Below, in pieces: positions 62,801 to 64,000 of a stretch of 64,000 bases of DNA. The notes beneath the pieces were generated by a model. The model saw only the letters and a list, made by a program, of their open reading frames with translations, was not told where the DNA came from and did not search any database. The number at the start of each line of letters is the position of its first letter. Position 1 is the stretch's first letter. The DNA lies in NCBI GenBank assembly GCA_964016885.1, contig CAXHJY010000050.1:62001-126000 (forward strand). The letters are read 5' to 3'. This DNA comes from Eledone cirrhosa. Its lineage: Eukaryota. Made by a program: the position numbers and the translations under genes.

Positions 62801-63830
62801 GAGAATTGATAGATAGAGTAGAAGAGGCGATTAGGAGTGGCAACGTGGCCGGCATGCTGGCGTCAAGAACGGCTCTAGACCAGTTCTTTGACGCAAAGCA
62901 CGAGGACTGCGTTGTCAGGAGTAAAATACGTGCTCTGGGAAACGAGGGAGCCAAAGCTGTTAGCTGGGCCCGAGTGACAGAGACAAAAAGTGGAAACAAG
63001 TCCACGATTAGGTCTATGAAGGACCAGGATGGACGGGTGATCCTTGAACCTGGGCAAATCTGCGCGGCCTTTCAACGGCGGTTTTCACGACTGTTCGGGA
63101 GGGGCGGCGGGCCGGGTGAGGCCATGGATTCCAGTCCATACCTCGACGGTCTGCCGCGTCTCTCGGACGGAGAGGCGAAGTCATGCGAAAGGCCGTTTTC
63201 AGTCGCTAAAATAGGGGAAGCGCTGAGCCAATGCGGCAAACGCAAATCTCCGGGTCTCGATGGTCTACCATACGTAGTTTATGTAGCGATGCCGGACTTG
63301 TTCTCCGGTCTCCTCGTTGCAACTGTCAACACAACGGGAGAATTCCCAGTTCTGTGACCAAGGGCGTAGTCACACTAGTCAGGGGGATGACATAGATAAC
63401 TTCAGGCCCATAACTCTGCTAAACACAGAGTTAAAGATTTTGGCCAAGGTGTTAGCGAAGAGGTTGGCGCTTGTCGTCAGGAACCTGGTGGGAGAAGCGC
63501 AGAAATGCGCAATCCCGTCCAGGTCCATACACGACTACCTCCACCTCATGCGATACATCGTAGAGAGGGTAGGGAACGAACCCGGCTTTGGTGGGGCCCT
63601 GATCAACTTGGATCAATCTAAGGCGTTCGATAGGGTCGACCATCGGTACCTGGATACGGTGCTCGCGGCCGCAGGCTTCGGACCCGTTTTCAGGGGCTGG
63701 ATTGCTGCAATGCACAGCAGCAACACCTGCTCGAGGGTCAAGGTGAACGGCTACCTCTCGGAGTCGTTCCAAATCACGCGATCCATCCGACAGGGATGCG
63801 CTCTCTCCTCCGTTCTGTATGTGCTGGCTC
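59860..63830 (+). mobile_element. Decayed Tx1/L1-like LINE (ORF1 + ORF2 APE-RT), cut off by microsatellite at the 3' side
   Basis: ORF1 zinc knuckle CYHCLRRGHPRAAC (60974-61015); ORF2 motifs given in the next entry. Confidence 0.85.
61888..63830 (+). pseudogene. LINE ORF2: AP-like endonuclease + RT (frameshifted, partial)
   Basis: CVNARGL, SYLDRFL, YSDH, GPGYWKLN, KSPGLDGLP, NFRPITLLN..KILAK, DQSKAFDRVDH, RQGCALS. Confidence 0.88.
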
Positions 63831-63833
63831 TAC

Positions 63834-63887
<54 letters not shown>

Positions 63888-63891
63888 GTGT

Positions 63892-63934
<43 letters not shown>

Positions 63935-63953
63935 TGTGTGTGTGTGTGTGTGT

Positions 63954-64000
<47 letters not shown>

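Overview
Repeat-saturated, AT-rich animal (eukaryotic) DNA. The long (TA)n/(TG)n/(CA)n tracts and tRNA-derived SINEs look like an invertebrate genome, plausibly a coleoid cephalopod (inference). No host gene could be identified with confidence, and most ORFs in the supplied track are microsatellite translations. Real coding content is all retroelement-derived: four Naiad-type Penelope-like elements (PLEs; RT + CxCx5C/GIY-YIG) at ~2.8-5.1 kb (-), 15.1-19.0 kb (-), 31.5-37.5 kb (+) and 52.2-55.9 kb (+); two other PLE fragments; a near-intact R4/Dong-type RLE retrotransposon (21.3-24.8 kb); a decayed Tx1/L1-like LINE (59.9-63.8 kb); and RTE-, CRE- and Hero-like 3' fragments. The main hidden signal is RNA. 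By eye I count about 45 Type I hammerhead ribozyme (HHR) motifs from about 18 sequence families, mostly in short non-coding elements inserted in (TA)n, often with PLE-style inverted ends. They include a perfect 10.7 x 310-bp tandem array with one HHR per unit (11422-14975, retrozyme-like, consistent with rolling-circle copying of a circular RNA), repeated non-canonical catalytic cores (U3-A8 compensatory pair, U4A, U4C), and family-specific palindromic helix-III sequences. All folds were read by hand and none has been tested for activity.
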